A stretch of 64,000 nucleotides of DNA from positions 3,264,001 to 3,328,000 of the forward strand of contig CM000152.2 of the NCBI GenBank assembly GCA_000004695.1. Direction: 5' to 3'. The DNA comes from Dictyostelium discoideum (lineage: Eukaryota). The position numbers and the translations under genes are program-made. This document shows positions 1 to 13,913 of this stretch, piece by piece; the stretch's first letter is position 1; every line of letters starts with the position of its first letter. The notes under the pieces are model-generated. The model worked only from the letters and a program-made list of their open reading frames with translations, made no database searches and had not been told where the DNA came from.

Positions 1-319
1 ATAAATAATATTTATTCACTTTTTCCAAATTTTAAATTTTATAATTTAATTATACCTTACTATAAAAGGAAAATAAATAAATTAAATAAATAAAACAAAT
101 TAAATTAAATAAATATAAAATTAGAAAAAAAATTATAAATAATTAAATAAATAAAATTAATTTTAAAATCTTTTTATTTTTATTTTTTTTTTTTTTTATA
201 AATCTAAATTTTTATTTTTATTTTTATTTTTATTTCAAAGTAAATAATTTTTTGAAAAATTAAACCACATATGTTGTTGTGGTTACCTCCCTATCCCAAA
301 GTCAATTGAATCGAGTTTA

Positions 320-357
<38 letters not shown>

Positions 358-606
358 TTGTTATGGTTAAATTTTTGAAATATAATAAAATTTTTATTTG
401 AATGGTTTGTAACTTAATATTTGCAGCCTTTTCGTTTTCCTATTTTTTATTTTTTTTATTTTTTTTTTATTTTTCTTTTTTATTTTTAATAATTAAAAAA
501 TTAATTTTATTACATTGATGTTTTTCCAATTCACTTAATAATTTTCAAATAAACAAATTTTATTTTTTTTGATTTTTTTTAATTTTTTAAAATTTTTTTT
601 TTTGAG

Positions 607-638
<32 letters not shown>

Positions 639-715
639 TTTTTAAAAATCAAAATAAAAAAAAAAAAAAAAAAAAAAAAAAAAGATATTGTATAATCAAT
701 TTTTTTATATAAGCA

Positions 716-760
716 AAAACAAAACAAAACAAAACAAAACAAAACAAAACAAAAAAAAAA
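716..760. repeat. (AAAAC)n pentanucleotide microsatellite inside an A-rich tract
   Basis: Direct reading shows 'aaaacaaaacaaaac...' flanked by poly-A. It lies in a gene-free, extremely AT-rich leader region (1-2500). Confidence 0.8.
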
Positions 761-1047
761 AACAAAAAAAAAAATGTAGGTGCTATTGAACCTAACACGA
801 TATAATAAAATATTGTTGTGGGTTGTTTTTTTTTTTTTTTTTTTTTGTGTTTGTTTTTTTTTTTTTTTTTTTTCCTTTCTCTCTTCTTCCTCCCTTCCAT
901 ATTTCTTTCATTCTTCAATGCAAATTTAAATAATGCTTAAATAAATTTTTTTTTTTTTTTTTTTAATAGCTTTACAATATATACATTAACTTTCATCAAA
1001 CTTAAATTAAAAAAAATAAAAAAATAAAAATAAGAATAAAAAACAGA

Positions 1048-1700
<653 letters not shown>

Positions 1701-1836
1701 TTAGCCGATAAATAATATTAAAAAAACTCTCAGTAATCATTATACCAATAAGTAATAATATTATCAGTAAAATGTATTTTTTTTTTTATTATTATTTTTG
1801 GACACCTAAATTCTTGATGGGTTTTTGGAAAATTTT

Positions 1837-1874
<38 letters not shown>

Positions 1875-2502
1875 CCAGGTTCAATTATTTAATTTTAGAA
1901 TAAATTTTTTTTTTTTTAAAATAAAAAAACAATATAAAAAAGTTATCAACACAAAAAAAAGATAAAGGTTTCAATTTGACAAGAGAAAAAAAAAAAAAGA
2001 TATTATTACAAAGAAGATGTGTTTTTATTAAACACAACCTACTTGATTTGTTGTTCTTTATTTTTAATTTTCCACAACAAAACCAAAAAAAAACTTACCC
2101 ATGTTTCATTTGGGCATTCGATTTTTTTTTTTTTTTTTTTTTTTTTAATTTTTTTAATTTTTTTTTTTTTTTTTTTTAATTTTTATTTTTTTCATTTTTT
2201 TCACATTAAAAAAAACTCACTTTAATTTAATTTTTTTTTATTTTAATATTTTTTTTTTTTTTTTTTTTTTTTTTATAAAATCCATCCACAAGTGTACAAT
2301 ATTAACCTTTTCATACCTTCATCAAAATCACAATATACTTATATTTCAAAAATTATAAATAGAATTTTGTAATATTTAGCCAACTTAAATCAAACTAAAA
2401 ACAATTAAAATCAAACCTCAAATTTTTTTATAGATTTATTTATTTTCTCAACCAATCAATCAATAAACTACAAATTTATAATATAGATATTTTTTCGAAA
2501 TA

Positions 2503-3523
2503 ATGACTTCTCCAGCAACAAATAAATCAGCAGCCTACGATTATTTAATTAAATTACTTTTAATCGGTGATAGTGGTGTAGGTAAATCATGTCTTTTATT
2601 ACGTTTTTCTGAAGATTCTTTCACACCAAGTTTCATCACTACTATTGGGTAAGTTTTATAAAAAATTTTTTAAACAAAAAATAAAACAAAATAATATAAA
2701 TATTAATCAAAATTATATTTTCTTTTTTATTTCTTTTTTTTTTTATTTTATTTTTATTTTATTTTTTTTTATAATAGTATCGATTTCAAAATTCGTACAA
2801 TTGAATTGGAAGGTAAAAGAATTAAATTACAAATTTGGGATACTGCAGGTGTAAGTAAATTAAATATATATATATTTATATATATTTTAAAAATTTCATT
2901 CATGATACTAACTATATTAAATAATTAATTAAACAGCAAGAAAGATTCAGAACTATCACTACAGCATACTATCGTGGTGCTATGGGTATCCTATTGGTTT
3001 ATGATGTCACTGATGAAAAATCTTTTGGTAGTATGTATATTAATCAACAGTTATTCTCGAATAACATTGTTATAAAATATTAAAATTTATTATTTTTTAT
3101 TATTTTTTTATTATTATTATTTTAGACATTAGAAATTGGATTAGAAATATCGAGCAACATGCTACAGACTCTGTTAATAAAATGTTAATCGGTAATAAAT
3201 GTGATATGGCTGAAAAGAAAGTTGTTGATAGCTCAAGAGGTAAATCACTTGCAGACGAATATGGTATTAAATTTTTAGAAACCTCAGCCAAAAACAGTAT
3301 AAATGTAGAGGAAGCCTTTATTAGTTTAGCAAAAGATATTAAAAAACGTATGATTGATACACCAAATGAACAACCACAAGTTGTTCAACCAGGTACAAAT
3401 CTTGGTGCAAATAACAATAAGAAAAAAGCTTGTAAGTAGTTTTATTTTATTTTTTACCATAAATTTTATTGTCACTTTTTCTTAATATTAATGGTTTTAT
3501 TTCTTCTTTAATTAGGTTGTTAA
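2503..3523 (+). CDS. Rab8/Sec4-family small GTPase (Dictyostelium SasA/SasB type), 208 aa, 5 exons: 2503-2648, 2778-2850, 2937-3030, 3126-3431, 3516-3523
   Basis: P-loop GDSGVGKS, switch II WDTAGQERF, NKCD and ETSAK motifs were read directly. Splice junctions GTAAGT/GTATGT...AG restore a continuous frame through TIG|IDFKIRT, DTAG|QERF and KSFG|NIRNW. The final 8-nt exon supplies '..KKKACC*' (a CC geranylgeranylation motif), whereas the unspliced read-through ends ..ACK*. Confidence 0.85.
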
Positions 3524-3639
3524 ATTGGGTGCTATTTTAATTTTCACATTATATTATTAGATAAAAATAAAAAAAAAAAAAAAATCTTAAAAAAAAAAAA
3601 AAAAGTCATCAAAATTATTCACCTAAAAACATAACATAT

Positions 3640-3760
3640 AAACCCTCGGTTTCAAGGCAGAGGATGATTCACTTACAACAACAACAACAACAACCAACAA
3701 CAACAACAACAACCAACAACAACAACTAACAACAACAACAAATAATAATAATAATAAAAA
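3640..3760. repeat. (CAA)n / (AAC)n imperfect trinucleotide repeat in the 3' flank of the Rab gene
   Basis: Seen directly as 'acaacaacaacaaccaacaacaacaa...'. Confidence 0.8.
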
Positions 3761-4116
3761 TAATAATAATAAATCCCCAATTGTGAAGTTGTGTTGAAAT
3801 TAATAAGAGTGGGAGGTTTATATCGCATCAATCACTTTTTTCTTTTCCTCAACTTCATATATAAAAAAAAGAAAAAAAAAAAAAAAAAAGAAAAAAAAAG
3901 AAATAATAAAAAAAATAAAAAAATAATAAACAAATAAAAAAACAAAAAAAAAAAAAAAAAAAACAAAACTAAATTAATTAATTTATTATTAATAATGTAA
4001 AAAAAAAATATATATATATTACAGTAGTTTATTTTAGTATACTAATTTAAGATCCAATTTTTTTAATAGACCTACTTTTTTTTTTATTTTTTTTTTACAT
4101 TTTTAAATTTATTTCT

Positions 4117-4169
<53 letters not shown>

Positions 4170-4191
4170 TACAAGTATCCAATTTACTACC

Positions 4192-6862
4192 TTAAAAAGG
4201 AAAATATTTTACATAAAAGGCCACTTTTTGTATTTTCATTTGAATTGTTTTCATTAAATTTTTATCAGATCTCTTTTTAAACCAAATATATGTTGAGCCA
4301 GCCACAATAACTACAACAAATAAAATTGAGCAAATTATAATAGCAGCAATTTTAGAAGCACTCATTCCCGATTCATTATTATTTGAACAAATTGAATATG
4401 ATGATGATGAGATTTCTTTTGTATCTAAAAACATGGAAAAATCAGGATCAATAATAATTTGATTTTGGAAATAAGGAATATTAATACCAATAAATGCTTC
4501 ACGATAAGAAACATTATCATTTTTACTACCATCAATATTAGTATCAGATAAAGTTGATGAATCAAGTATTGAATTCTCTAATGTAATTATCTTTGTTGTG
4601 CTCTTTTAATAAATCTAGCATAAATTGAATGATTATCAATTTGAATTTTTAAATAATTTGAATTTTCTTCTTTTATAGTTTCACCAAATTCTTTAATTGA
4701 GCAAATGTTATTATTATTGTTATTGTCATCATCTGATGTTTTATTTATTATCATCATTGCTGAAATAATTAATTGAAGTCTATTTAATTTATTTTTAAAA
4801 TTATATTTTGATATTTCAATTGTGTATTTAATTGTTGATGGGTTCATTTTAATATCACTATTTGCAAATGAAATATTAGTTTTTCAAACCATTGTAATGT
4901 TATTGTTATATCAGTTGTTGAAATAATTGATTTAAAAAGTTTATTATTATTATTATATTTATTTGTTTGTTCGTCATTTATTTCAAATTCAATTGTAGGG
5001 TTTGAATCATTTTTTGAAGGTTGTGGAATTATTATAACTTTTGAAGAACAATCAATTCCAACCCATGGTGATTTACAAATACAACCATTATTTGTGCAAA
5101 CACCTTTGAGATATACCACCACATGGTTTATCATCTTTAAAACACTTTGATAATAGTAATGGAGTATATTGAAAACTTTTTAATAATGTAAATATTATAT
5201 CACCATCGTTTAATGTTAGATCATGGATTCCAAAACCTGCTACAATTTCACATTGAATTGTTGTTTCATTATATTGTATAATATTTATACATTGATTTGA
5301 ACCAATATCAATTGTTGAATTTTCAGATATATTACCAAAGAAACCATAAATAAATGTTAATCCACCATCAATAGTTGGGGATTTTACAGAATCAATATAT
5401 ATTTTAGAAATTTCACAATGGTCACCTTTGGTTTTAGAATCACATAAACATGAATTTGCTTCATATTCACCATGAGATGTACAATTACCAAAATCTTTTA
5501 AAATTGTGTATGATAGATCATTATCAGTGAATGTAACATTCTTTTCACCAAATTGAAGTATGTCAACTTGATAAACAATATTAAAATCATTTATTTGTTT
5601 TATATTATTACACTGTAATTCACCAATATGAATTGTACTTTCATTACTTATTGTTCCAAAGACACCATCCAATGATAATTTAATATTTTTGATTGTTGTT
5701 GAAAATTCTATTCTATCTATAACAATTAAAGATTTTTCACATAATTGACCACTAGTTTGAGTATCACATATACATTTATTTTGAGTTTTATTAAATGTTC
5801 CATGAGATGTACATGTTCCGAAATCATTTGAAAAATTAAATGACAAATCACCATCTGTATAACCAATAATTTGTCACCATATAAAGGTGTTGTTGTGCAT
5901 GAGACCAATATTGGACTGTGTTGCTTTATATTTTACAATCATAAGCGTTACCAATTTTAACAGTTGTTAACATTGGTGAAATGTATCCAAAGAATCCAAA
6001 AATTGATATATTATCTTCTTGAAAATATCTATAGTAATATACTTCCTTAATAATTATTTTTGAAGTTTCACACTGAGTACCATTGGTTTTTGAATCACAT
6101 AAACAACCACCACCATTATAATTACATACACCATGATTTGAACATCCATAATTACAATCACAAACTAATGAACTATAATATTCAATTTGGTATGTACATG
6201 TTTCAGCTTCTAATACTTCTGTTTTAGTAAATACTCCTCTATTTAGATCACAGATGAGGAAAAATTTCATTCTTCTTCTATTGGGTACGGGAGAGCCTGA
6301 ACAATCATTTCCACCTGTGGGGTCAAAATGATATGAACTGGTTATAATAGTCAATCCATTTTCAGGAAACTCTACAGAAAGTTATAACCAGTACACTTTC
6401 AATTTGGTAGCAATTTGATTGGTATGCACTGGAATATATATTTAGTGGCTTTCCCCTGGAAAACCATGACATTTATCAACTGTTACATTACAAAAATTAA
6501 ATTTATATAAACCATCACCACCATATGATAAATTTGAGGCAGCTGTCCAAGGATCAGAGGAATTTCTTAGTTTTTTATTTTTTATTTTTCATTTTTTATT
6601 TTTCATTTTTTATTTTTTTTTTTTATTTTTTTTTAGAATTGGAATTAATATTTTAATTTTTTCGATTCATAATTTTTAATATTTATTTATAGAATTGGAA
6701 TTCCAAAATTTGTATTATTATATTTTTTTACCTTTTTAATGGGGAGAGATCATATATGATTCCTTTATTTATATTATTATATAGACAGTTATTTTGACCA
6801 ATACATTTTATTATATTTAGGCTGGTTAAAAAAATAATAAAAATTAAATATTTATTTTTCAT
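4192..6862 (-). pseudogene. TIG/IPT + EGF-like repeat single-pass membrane glycoprotein gene (tgr 'Tiger'-family-like); probable pseudogene or mis-assembled because of multiple frame disruptions
   Basis: The minus strand starts with a signal peptide, MKNKYLIFIIFLTSLNIIKC, at 6862-6732, then a GTAAAA donor. Repeated units follow of the form FG.CTSHG....C.C(D)..T.G..CE.S + IPT-like ...GG.TFIYGFFGNIS.NSTI.IG...C. A TM helix IAAIIICSILFVVVIVAGSTYIWFKKR and a short tail lie at 4434-4192. The reading frame changes by +/-1 at about 5100, about 4845 and about 4605 with no GT..AG AT-rich intron available. Two further frame breaks at about 5850-5925 and about 6360-6450 are only bridged by atypical GC-richer 'introns'. 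Confidence 0.5.
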
Positions 6863-7723
6863 TTTTAATCTATTTATTTATTTATTTGTATTTTTCTTTT
6901 TTTTTTGAAAGAAAGCCAAAAAAAAAAAAAAAACATTATAAACATTAAAAATATAACAAATTTGTTGGAAAAAAAAAAAAAAAAATGGTATTTCAGATAT
7001 GTTATAAAAAATTTCCACCCCTCCCAGATTTTCCGAATTTTTTTTTTTCTGTTCCACCCGCCTTGTGGACTAATTTTTTATTTTTATCAAATTTTTATTT
7101 TTTTTATTTTGGTATGGCTTTTTATTGTTTTGAATTAAAGATTGATAAAAACATTGATTACATATAAAAATTTGAATCTAATGATTTTTTTTTTTGTAAT
7201 ATTTATTGGTGAATGATTTTGTGATATTTCTTTTTTTTTATATTTTTATCAAATTTTTTTTTTTTTTTTTTTTTTTAAGGACATTTATTTTTTTTAATCA
7301 AAAATTTTATTTTTAGAATTTAATTATTTACCATTCATTTTATAAATAATATTAAAAAATTATAAAAAAAAAAAAAAAAAAGATAATAAAATGAAAAAAA
7401 AAAAAAAAGAAAAAACATTTTTTTTTTTTTTTTTTTTTTATTTTAATTATATTTTAATGTTTTTGTTAATAAAATAAAAAAACTTTACTTATTTAATTAC
7501 TCCAAATTGTTTATTTAAAATTTTTTCTTTTTTTTTTTTTTTTTGGGGTTGAACTTGAAACTTTTTTGAAAAAAAAAAAAAATTTAAAAAAAAAAATCTT
7601 GGCGCCAATTTTCTTCAATTTAAAATATTTTTTCTAAAATTTTTATTTTTTTTTATTTTTATTTTTTTTTTGTTTATGAATATATATAAACCTTAAACAA
7701 CAAAATAATATTTACATGTAATA

Positions 7724-7832
7724 ATGGATTTTAACCAAGAAAAAATAGATGATGCATTTGTTAACAACAACAACAACAACAACAACAATAGCAACAATAT
7801 TCTTGATTTTAATAAAATAACTGAACAAAGTG

Positions 7833-7886
<54 letters not shown>

Positions 7887-8213
7887 CAACTCAAACTTTT
7901 AATGAGGTTGAAAATAAAAAAGATAATGTTATTTTTTATGAAATGTCATCATTAACTCTATCACCAATCACAGTTAATCAATTATCAATAAACCAAAATA
8001 TCACCACCTCATCTTCTACAAATTCTATTTCCACACCATCATCATCATCATCAACTACAACAACAACAACTACAATTACAACAACAACAACTCCAAAAGA
8101 AATTCACACAACACAACAAGAACAAAAATCAACAACAGAATATTCACATTTTGAAAATGTACAGGATCAACAAGATCATTTAAATGAAAATAATATTCAA
8201 AATGAAATAAATC

Positions 8214-8305
<92 letters not shown>

Positions 8306-10972
8306 ACCATTGGGCCATCACACAGTTCAAATGATGAACCACCAATAATATCTAAAACCCAAAATGAAAACAATAAAACACATATTTATGACGAGAGTGT
8401 AGTCAACACCAACACCAACACCAACACCAACACCAACACCAACACCAACAACAACACCAACAACAACATCAACAACAATAATAATAATAATAATAGTAAA
8501 GAAAAAGAATTAAATGAACAATTAATAATATCAAAATCAGAAAATGATGAGTTAGAATTAATAATTTTAGAGAAAGAATATGAAATATCACAATTGAGAA
8601 TTGAAGATTTGGTTGAAAGATATGTTAAAAATAAATTACTATATAGCAATTGTAAGATAAAAAAAAAAAAAAAAAAAAGAATTATAATATAATATAATAT
8701 AATACGTATATATATTTATATTTATATTAATATTTATTATTTTATAATTTTATTATTTTATTATTAATTTTATAAAGGTATTAAAGATTTTGAAAATTAT
8801 GAATTAAAAGAATTATATGAAATTAATAGAAAAGAAGAAATTGAGAAAACCAATTCATATGTTGAAGAATTTTCAAAGAATGCAAATCAAATGATTAGAG
8901 ATGAGATTAATGAATATGATAAAAGAATTAAAGAGATTAAACAACAACATTTAGAAGAGATATTAAAATTACAAGAAACTTTAAAAAGATTTAAAAATGA
9001 TAAAGAGAATTTAGAGATTTCATTATTGAATTCCAATAATCAATTAATGGAGCTCGAGGATCAGTATCAGTTAAACACAAATCAGTTGAAGGAGACCTAC
9101 AGGAAGCAAATCGCTATTCTCACTAATTTAAATTCGAAATTAACTATTGATCTTGAGAGAATTCAGAATCAAAAAGATAAAGAATTAAAAGATAATTTAA
9201 ATTCCTTGTCTTTGGAATTGGTGGAGGCAGGCGAGAGAATTGAAAGATTTAAAACCATAGTTGAGAAATTGCAATCAGAGAAATCCAAAGACAGAGAGAC
9301 AATTAAGGAATTGACTGAATCAAATTCAAAGATTAATAATAGTTTGGAGAAGTTACATAGGGAGTTTGATAAACAGGTGAAGGTGAATAAAAGGAATTCC
9401 GAATTACAGACAAAGGTTGACATTTTGCAAGGTGAGAATGACAATCTACAAAATAAAATCCAAGATTTGAAAACATCGTTTGAAAAAGAGTCAAACAGAT
9501 TCCAAACTAAACTATTATCAAATGAGTCTACTAAAACCACACTTGTGTCTCAATTAAAGGATGAATTAAAACTTTCAATTAATGAATGTAAATCACAAAA
9601 GAAATTAAATGATCAATTGACTCTAGAGAATGAAAGATTGAAATCTGATAATCAAATTGAGAAATCATTACTTGATAATCAAATTAAACAACTCATTGAT
9701 GAATCAAAACTTTTAGGTAATCAATTTAATTCTTTAAAACAACAAAATGAAAAAATTATAAAAGAAAATGAAAAATCTCAATTAATCTTAAAAACAAATA
9801 AAGATAATTCAAATAATGAAATCATTCAATTAAAAGATCAAATTTCAAAATTATTAAAAACTTTACAAAATAATAATAATAATCAAAATAATAATCAAAA
9901 TAATGATAACTTAATAATTGATAAAACTGAACCAAAGAAACAAAGAAAAACTATCACCACAACTACAGAAACTTTAGAGAATTTAGGTGTAACATCTCGT
10001 TCTGGTAGAAAAAGGACACCAATTATATCTGATGAAGGTCAGGAAATTAAAACTGTGGTAAATAATTTTGTAAATAAAATGGAAGATGAAACAAAAGAAG
10101 AAGAAGAAGAAGAAGAAGAAGAAGAAGAACCAAAAGAAGAGATAAAACCAAAGTCAAGATCAAGAAAGAATGATAGTAGTGTTAAAAATGTAATTAACCA
10201 ATCATCTAGAAGGAAGGTAAAAAGTAAAGAATTGGAAGAAGAATTGGAAGAAGAAAAAGAGGAACAACTAGAAGAACCAATTAAAGAAGATATTCCAATC
10301 CAACCAACTAGACCTAATTCAAGATCAAGGAGAAATACTACCACCACCACCACTATCAATCAAGATACTCCAATCATCATCAATAATGTAAATAGTAAAA
10401 AAAGAACAAGAAAATCACATCAAGAAGAGGTAGAAGAACAAGAACAAGAACAAGAAGAACAAGAACAAGAAGAGCATGAACAATCATACATATTGGAGGG
10501 AGAACAACCAAAAAAAAGAAATAGAATTTCTAGAAAAGATAAAGAAGAACAAGAACAAACTGAAAGATTAGAGTTGGAAAGATTAGAAAAAGAAAGATTA
10601 GAAAAAGAAAAATTAAAAAAAGAAAAATTAAAAAAAGAGAAATTAGAAAAAGAAAAATTTGAAACTGAAAAATTGGAAACTGAAAAATTTGAAAAAGAAA
10701 AATTAGAAAATGAAAAATTAGAAAAAGAGAGAGAAAAAGTTAAACAAAGAGAAAAATTAGCAAAAGAGAGAGAAAAGGAGAGATTAAAAAAAGAAAAATT
10801 GAAAAAAGAAAAATTGGAAAAAGAAAAATTGGAAAAAGAAAAATTGGAAAAAGAAAAATTGGCAAAGGAAAAATTAGAAAAATTAGAAAAAGAAAAATTA
10901 GAAAAAGAGAGAGAAAAAGTTAAACAAAGAGAAAGAAATAACAGTAAATATCCAATACACAAAAATGTGTAA
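7724..10972 (+). CDS. Large coiled-coil protein with polyN/polyQ/polyT tracts and a C-terminal (KEKLE)n charged repeat; 2 exons: 7724-8651, 8778-10972
   Basis: ORF-track ORFs 7724-8692 and 8891-10972 are joined in-frame by a GTAAGA...TATAAAG intron (8652-8777). A heptad-like Q/E/K/L-rich sequence runs throughout. (CAA)32 at 8205-8300 encodes polyQ. No recognisable catalytic domain. Confidence 0.75.
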
Positions 10973-11254
10973 AACTTTAAATTTTCTTCTTTTACTAATA
11001 CTCTTCATTTCATATATAGATAAAGAAAATCTTAATGCAAATATATCAAATAATAGTAGTAATGGGAGTAAATTTGGGAAAATTCATCAATATCTTTTAA
11101 ATAAAGGAACCATTCCGAAACTATCAAATATGGTATGTAAAATAAAATAAAATAAAATAAATGAATTAATTTACTAATTTTTATTTTTAAAATAATTTTT
11201 ATTTTTTATTTTTTTTATAGAAAAAATAAAAATAAAATTTTTTTTTTTTTTTTT

Positions 11255-11947
11255 TTATTCTTGATTAAATATTGTTTTACAAAATACTTTAAGATTTAAA
11301 TTATTATTTTCTTTTGAAGTACAACTGTTTGCAATGCTATAGGAAGTACAAGATTCTGGCCAATTGTTGTAATTGCAATATTGTTCGTATGGAGTGAGAT
11401 TTAAGAAAGCACAATAATAATTTTTAGTGACTGCTTCACCTTGTTTGAAAATTAAATTTGGTGTGAAAAATAATGAGAATAGTAAATTCAAAGATGAGCA
11501 ACCAGAATTTGTTTTTGAATGATATTCGAAAATTACTTGACCTTTGTTATAAAGTGGTTCGTTTGCAATTGTTACATAGGAGAAGGTTGTTTCATTTTGA
11601 GCATAGGTATAGTTTTCCATGGTGAAAAATGGATGACTGTAAGAGCATTCATTAAGACCATTTTTGAAAACATTGCTTGGACTATCACTACAATCATTGT
11701 TTTGATATTGTTGAGAAATTACTACATTATTTGTTTGATCATATGTGAATTTCCAATTTGTATTTTCTAAACCAATATCACCAACCGAACTAATACATTC
11801 ATTTAATAAAAATGAATATCCAATACCACTTTGTTGATCTGATGAACATTTTAAACTTGAATATGGTTGAAATGTAACATATCCTTGAGATTTAACTAAA
11901 TTAAATAATGAAATTGTTAAAATAATAAGAATAATAATAATTTTCAT
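11255..11947 (-). CDS. Secreted cysteine-containing protein of unknown function (230 aa, single exon, N-terminal signal peptide MKIIIILIILTISLFNLVKSQ)
   Basis: Complete ORF from the track. Hydrophobic leader followed by a hydrophilic body with about 14 Cys and several N-glycosylation sequons. No family recognised. Confidence 0.7.
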   Translation of the reverse strand: MKIIIILIILTISLFNLVKSQGYVTFQPYSSLKCSSDQQSGIGYSFLLNECISSVGDIGLENTNWKFTYDQTNNVVISQQYQNNDCSDSPSNVFKNGLNECSYSHPFFTMENYTYAQNETTFSYVTIANEPLYNKGQVIFEYHSKTNSGCSSLNLLFSLFFTPNLIFKQGEAVTKNYYCAFLNLTPYEQYCNYNNWPESCTSYSIANSCTSKENNNLNLKVFCKTIFNQE

Positions 11948-12491
11948 TTTTTTTTTTATTTTTTTTTTTAATTTATTTATTTCTTTATTTTATATTTTAA
12001 AAAAAAAAAAGATTTTATATTTAAAATGATTTTAAAATAAAAATTATTGTGATTTTTTTCTTTTTATTTAAAAAAAATTATAAAATAATATAAAAAAAAA
12101 AAAAAAAATTTCGTCATCTTTTTCAAGATATCTTGATATTTTATAATTTCGTATGAAAATTCTTATTCCAAATTTTAAAAAAAAAAACAATAATTAAAAT
12201 TAAGAACGTCATAGATATTTTTTTAAATAACTCATTTTTTTGATATAAAAAAATGAAAATTTTGAAAATAATAAAAAAGAAATAAAAAAAATATAAAAAA
12301 AAAAAAACAAATAATAAATAAAGAATCATCAATAAAAAATTATAATTGTAATTTTTTTTTTTTATTTAAATATATGTTTTATGTTTTATGTTTTATGTTT
12401 TAGGTTTTATGTTTTATGTTTTTTTTTTTTTTTTTATATAAAATAAGAAAAAAAAAAAGTATTATATATATTATTAATTATAAAAACTAAG

Positions 12492-12893
12492 TTATAGTTT
12501 ATCATTATTATTTGTTGGATTTTCATTATCATTTTTTATCTCTTCAACTATTTTATTTGATGATGATGAATTTTCTGGATGGTATTGATATTTTTCAGGT
12601 AATTTTTCATTTATAGCGTTTCCAAAATTGGTGATATGTTCTTTTGATATCTGAATACCTTCATTTATTTTTTCTTTTGTATATTGATAACTCTCTGCAG
12701 CTTTTTCTTTGGCAATTTCATAACTCTCATCCATTTTAACTTTATTTAATTCATATTGTTCATCAAGTTTTTCTTTTGCGCTTTCATATCCTTCTTCCAT
12801 TTTAGTTTTACTTATTTCATATTGTTCTTCAAATTTTTCCCATGATTTATATGCAAAATCTTTTAATTGTTCAAAATAATTATTTGAACCTTT

Positions 12894-12941
<48 letters not shown>

Positions 12942-13024
12942 AAAATTAATTTTATTTTAAATTTTTTAATTAAAACATTTTATTACTTACCAGAATTTGA
13001 ATCGGTTTTATTATCAGAATCCAT
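12492..13024 (-). CDS. Small hydrophilic K/E-rich repeat protein (hydrophilin / LEA-like), 2 exons: 13024-12991, 12889-12492; tandem paralog of the next gene
   Basis: Exon 1 is MDSDNKTDSNS with a GTAAGT donor. Exon 2 continues ..SNNYFEQLKDFAYKSWEKFEEQYEISKTKMEEGYESAKEKLDEQYEL..NAINEKLPEKYQYHPENS. It shares the KSWEK...YE.(S/T)KEK...NAINE(K/Q)LPEK.QYHP(E/D) pattern with 13418-13913. Confidence 0.7.
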
Positions 13025-13417
13025 TTTAAATTATTTGTTTTTTTTTATTTGTTTTTTATATATTAGTTTTTTATATAATTGTTTGAATGACTTTAGTTTT
13101 TTTTTTTTTTTTCTCATTTTATAGTTAATTTTTTTATTTTATTTTTGTTTTTTTTTTTATTAAAACAAATCATTACTCTAAAAATTTATTTGAATTTTGA
13201 TTTTGATTTTTTCAGCGAATTTTTTATTTTTATTTTTTTTTTTTTATTTTTTTTTATTTTTTTTTTTATCCATTTAATTGTTTGGTCATCAAATTTTTTT
13301 ATTTTTATCTTAATTCTCATAAATATAAGTAATTAAAAAATAAAAATATTTTGTTTTTACTATTTAAATATTGTTTTTTATTTTTTTTTATTTATTTTTT
13401 TTTTTTTCTTTATTTGT

Positions 13418-13913
13418 TTAAACTTTGTCAGTTGGAACCGATTTTACATGAGTTGTTTCACTTTGGATAGTAGTTGTTCCATCTGGATTTTTATAAACAG
13501 TTTCAGTTTCAGTTTTAGTACTAGCAGAACCATCTGGATGATATTGGATTTTTTCTGGTAATTGCTCATTGATAGCATGACCAATACTTGATAATTGTTC
13601 CTTTGAGACTTGGTAACCTTCACTAACTTTTTCCTTTGTAAATTCAAAACCTTCACCAACTTTTTCTTTAGTTATTTCATAACCTTCACCAACTTTTTCC
13701 CATGATTTATGAGCTAATTCTTTTAAATGATCCACAAAACCACCACTAGATGTGGTTGCTTTGCAAAGAGAAAAAAAAAAAAAAAAAAAATTTGGAGTGT
13801 GGTTTAAAAAAAAAAAAAAAAAAAAAAAATTAATTAACTATTTTAATTATAATATTAATAAAATAAATTATCTTACATGTTGTAGTTGTAGTTGTTTCTA
13901 CTTTCTTTTCCAT
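13418..13913 (-). CDS. Small hydrophilic K/E-rich repeat protein, paralog of 12492-13024; 2 exons: 13913-13877, 13743-13418
   Basis: Exon 1 is MEKKVETTTTTT with a GTAAGA donor. The acceptor ..catctag joins to ..GFVDHLKELAHKSWEKVGEGYEITKEKVGEGFEFTKEKVSEGYQVSKEQLSSIGHAINEQLPEKIQYHPDGS.. The intron contains a poly-A/T tract. Confidence 0.65.

Noticed and set aside
5846-5926. Treating the frame breaks at 5846-5926 and 6360-6450 of the tgr-like gene as genuine introns
   Set aside because: The candidate GT..AG segments are only 85-95 nt and are 35-40% G+C, unlike every other intron in the window (above 85% A+T). Together with three unbridgeable frameshifts further 3', a pseudogene or sequence error is more parsimonious. 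This is flagged rather than asserted.
8076-8649. Minus-strand ORFs 8076-8345 (poly-V) and 8386-8649 (poly-L) opposite the coiled-coil gene
   Set aside because: They are antisense read-through of the (CAA)n and (CAC/AAC)n coding repeats of the plus-strand gene. The same applies to 10039-10359, 10420-10962, 9169-9540, 21422-21877, 22553-22771, 23151-23507, 17165-17683, 42615-43013, 43086-43683, 49409-49612, 52952-53278, 55993-56298, 30788-30982, 31445-31636 and 63656-63841.
10965-11150. ORF 10965-11150 (MCKTLNFLLLLILFISY..), which starts inside the stop codon of the coiled-coil gene
   Set aside because: It overlaps the upstream gene's terminator, is short, and has no downstream continuation or splice donor that yields a sensible product. 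It is probably 3'UTR.
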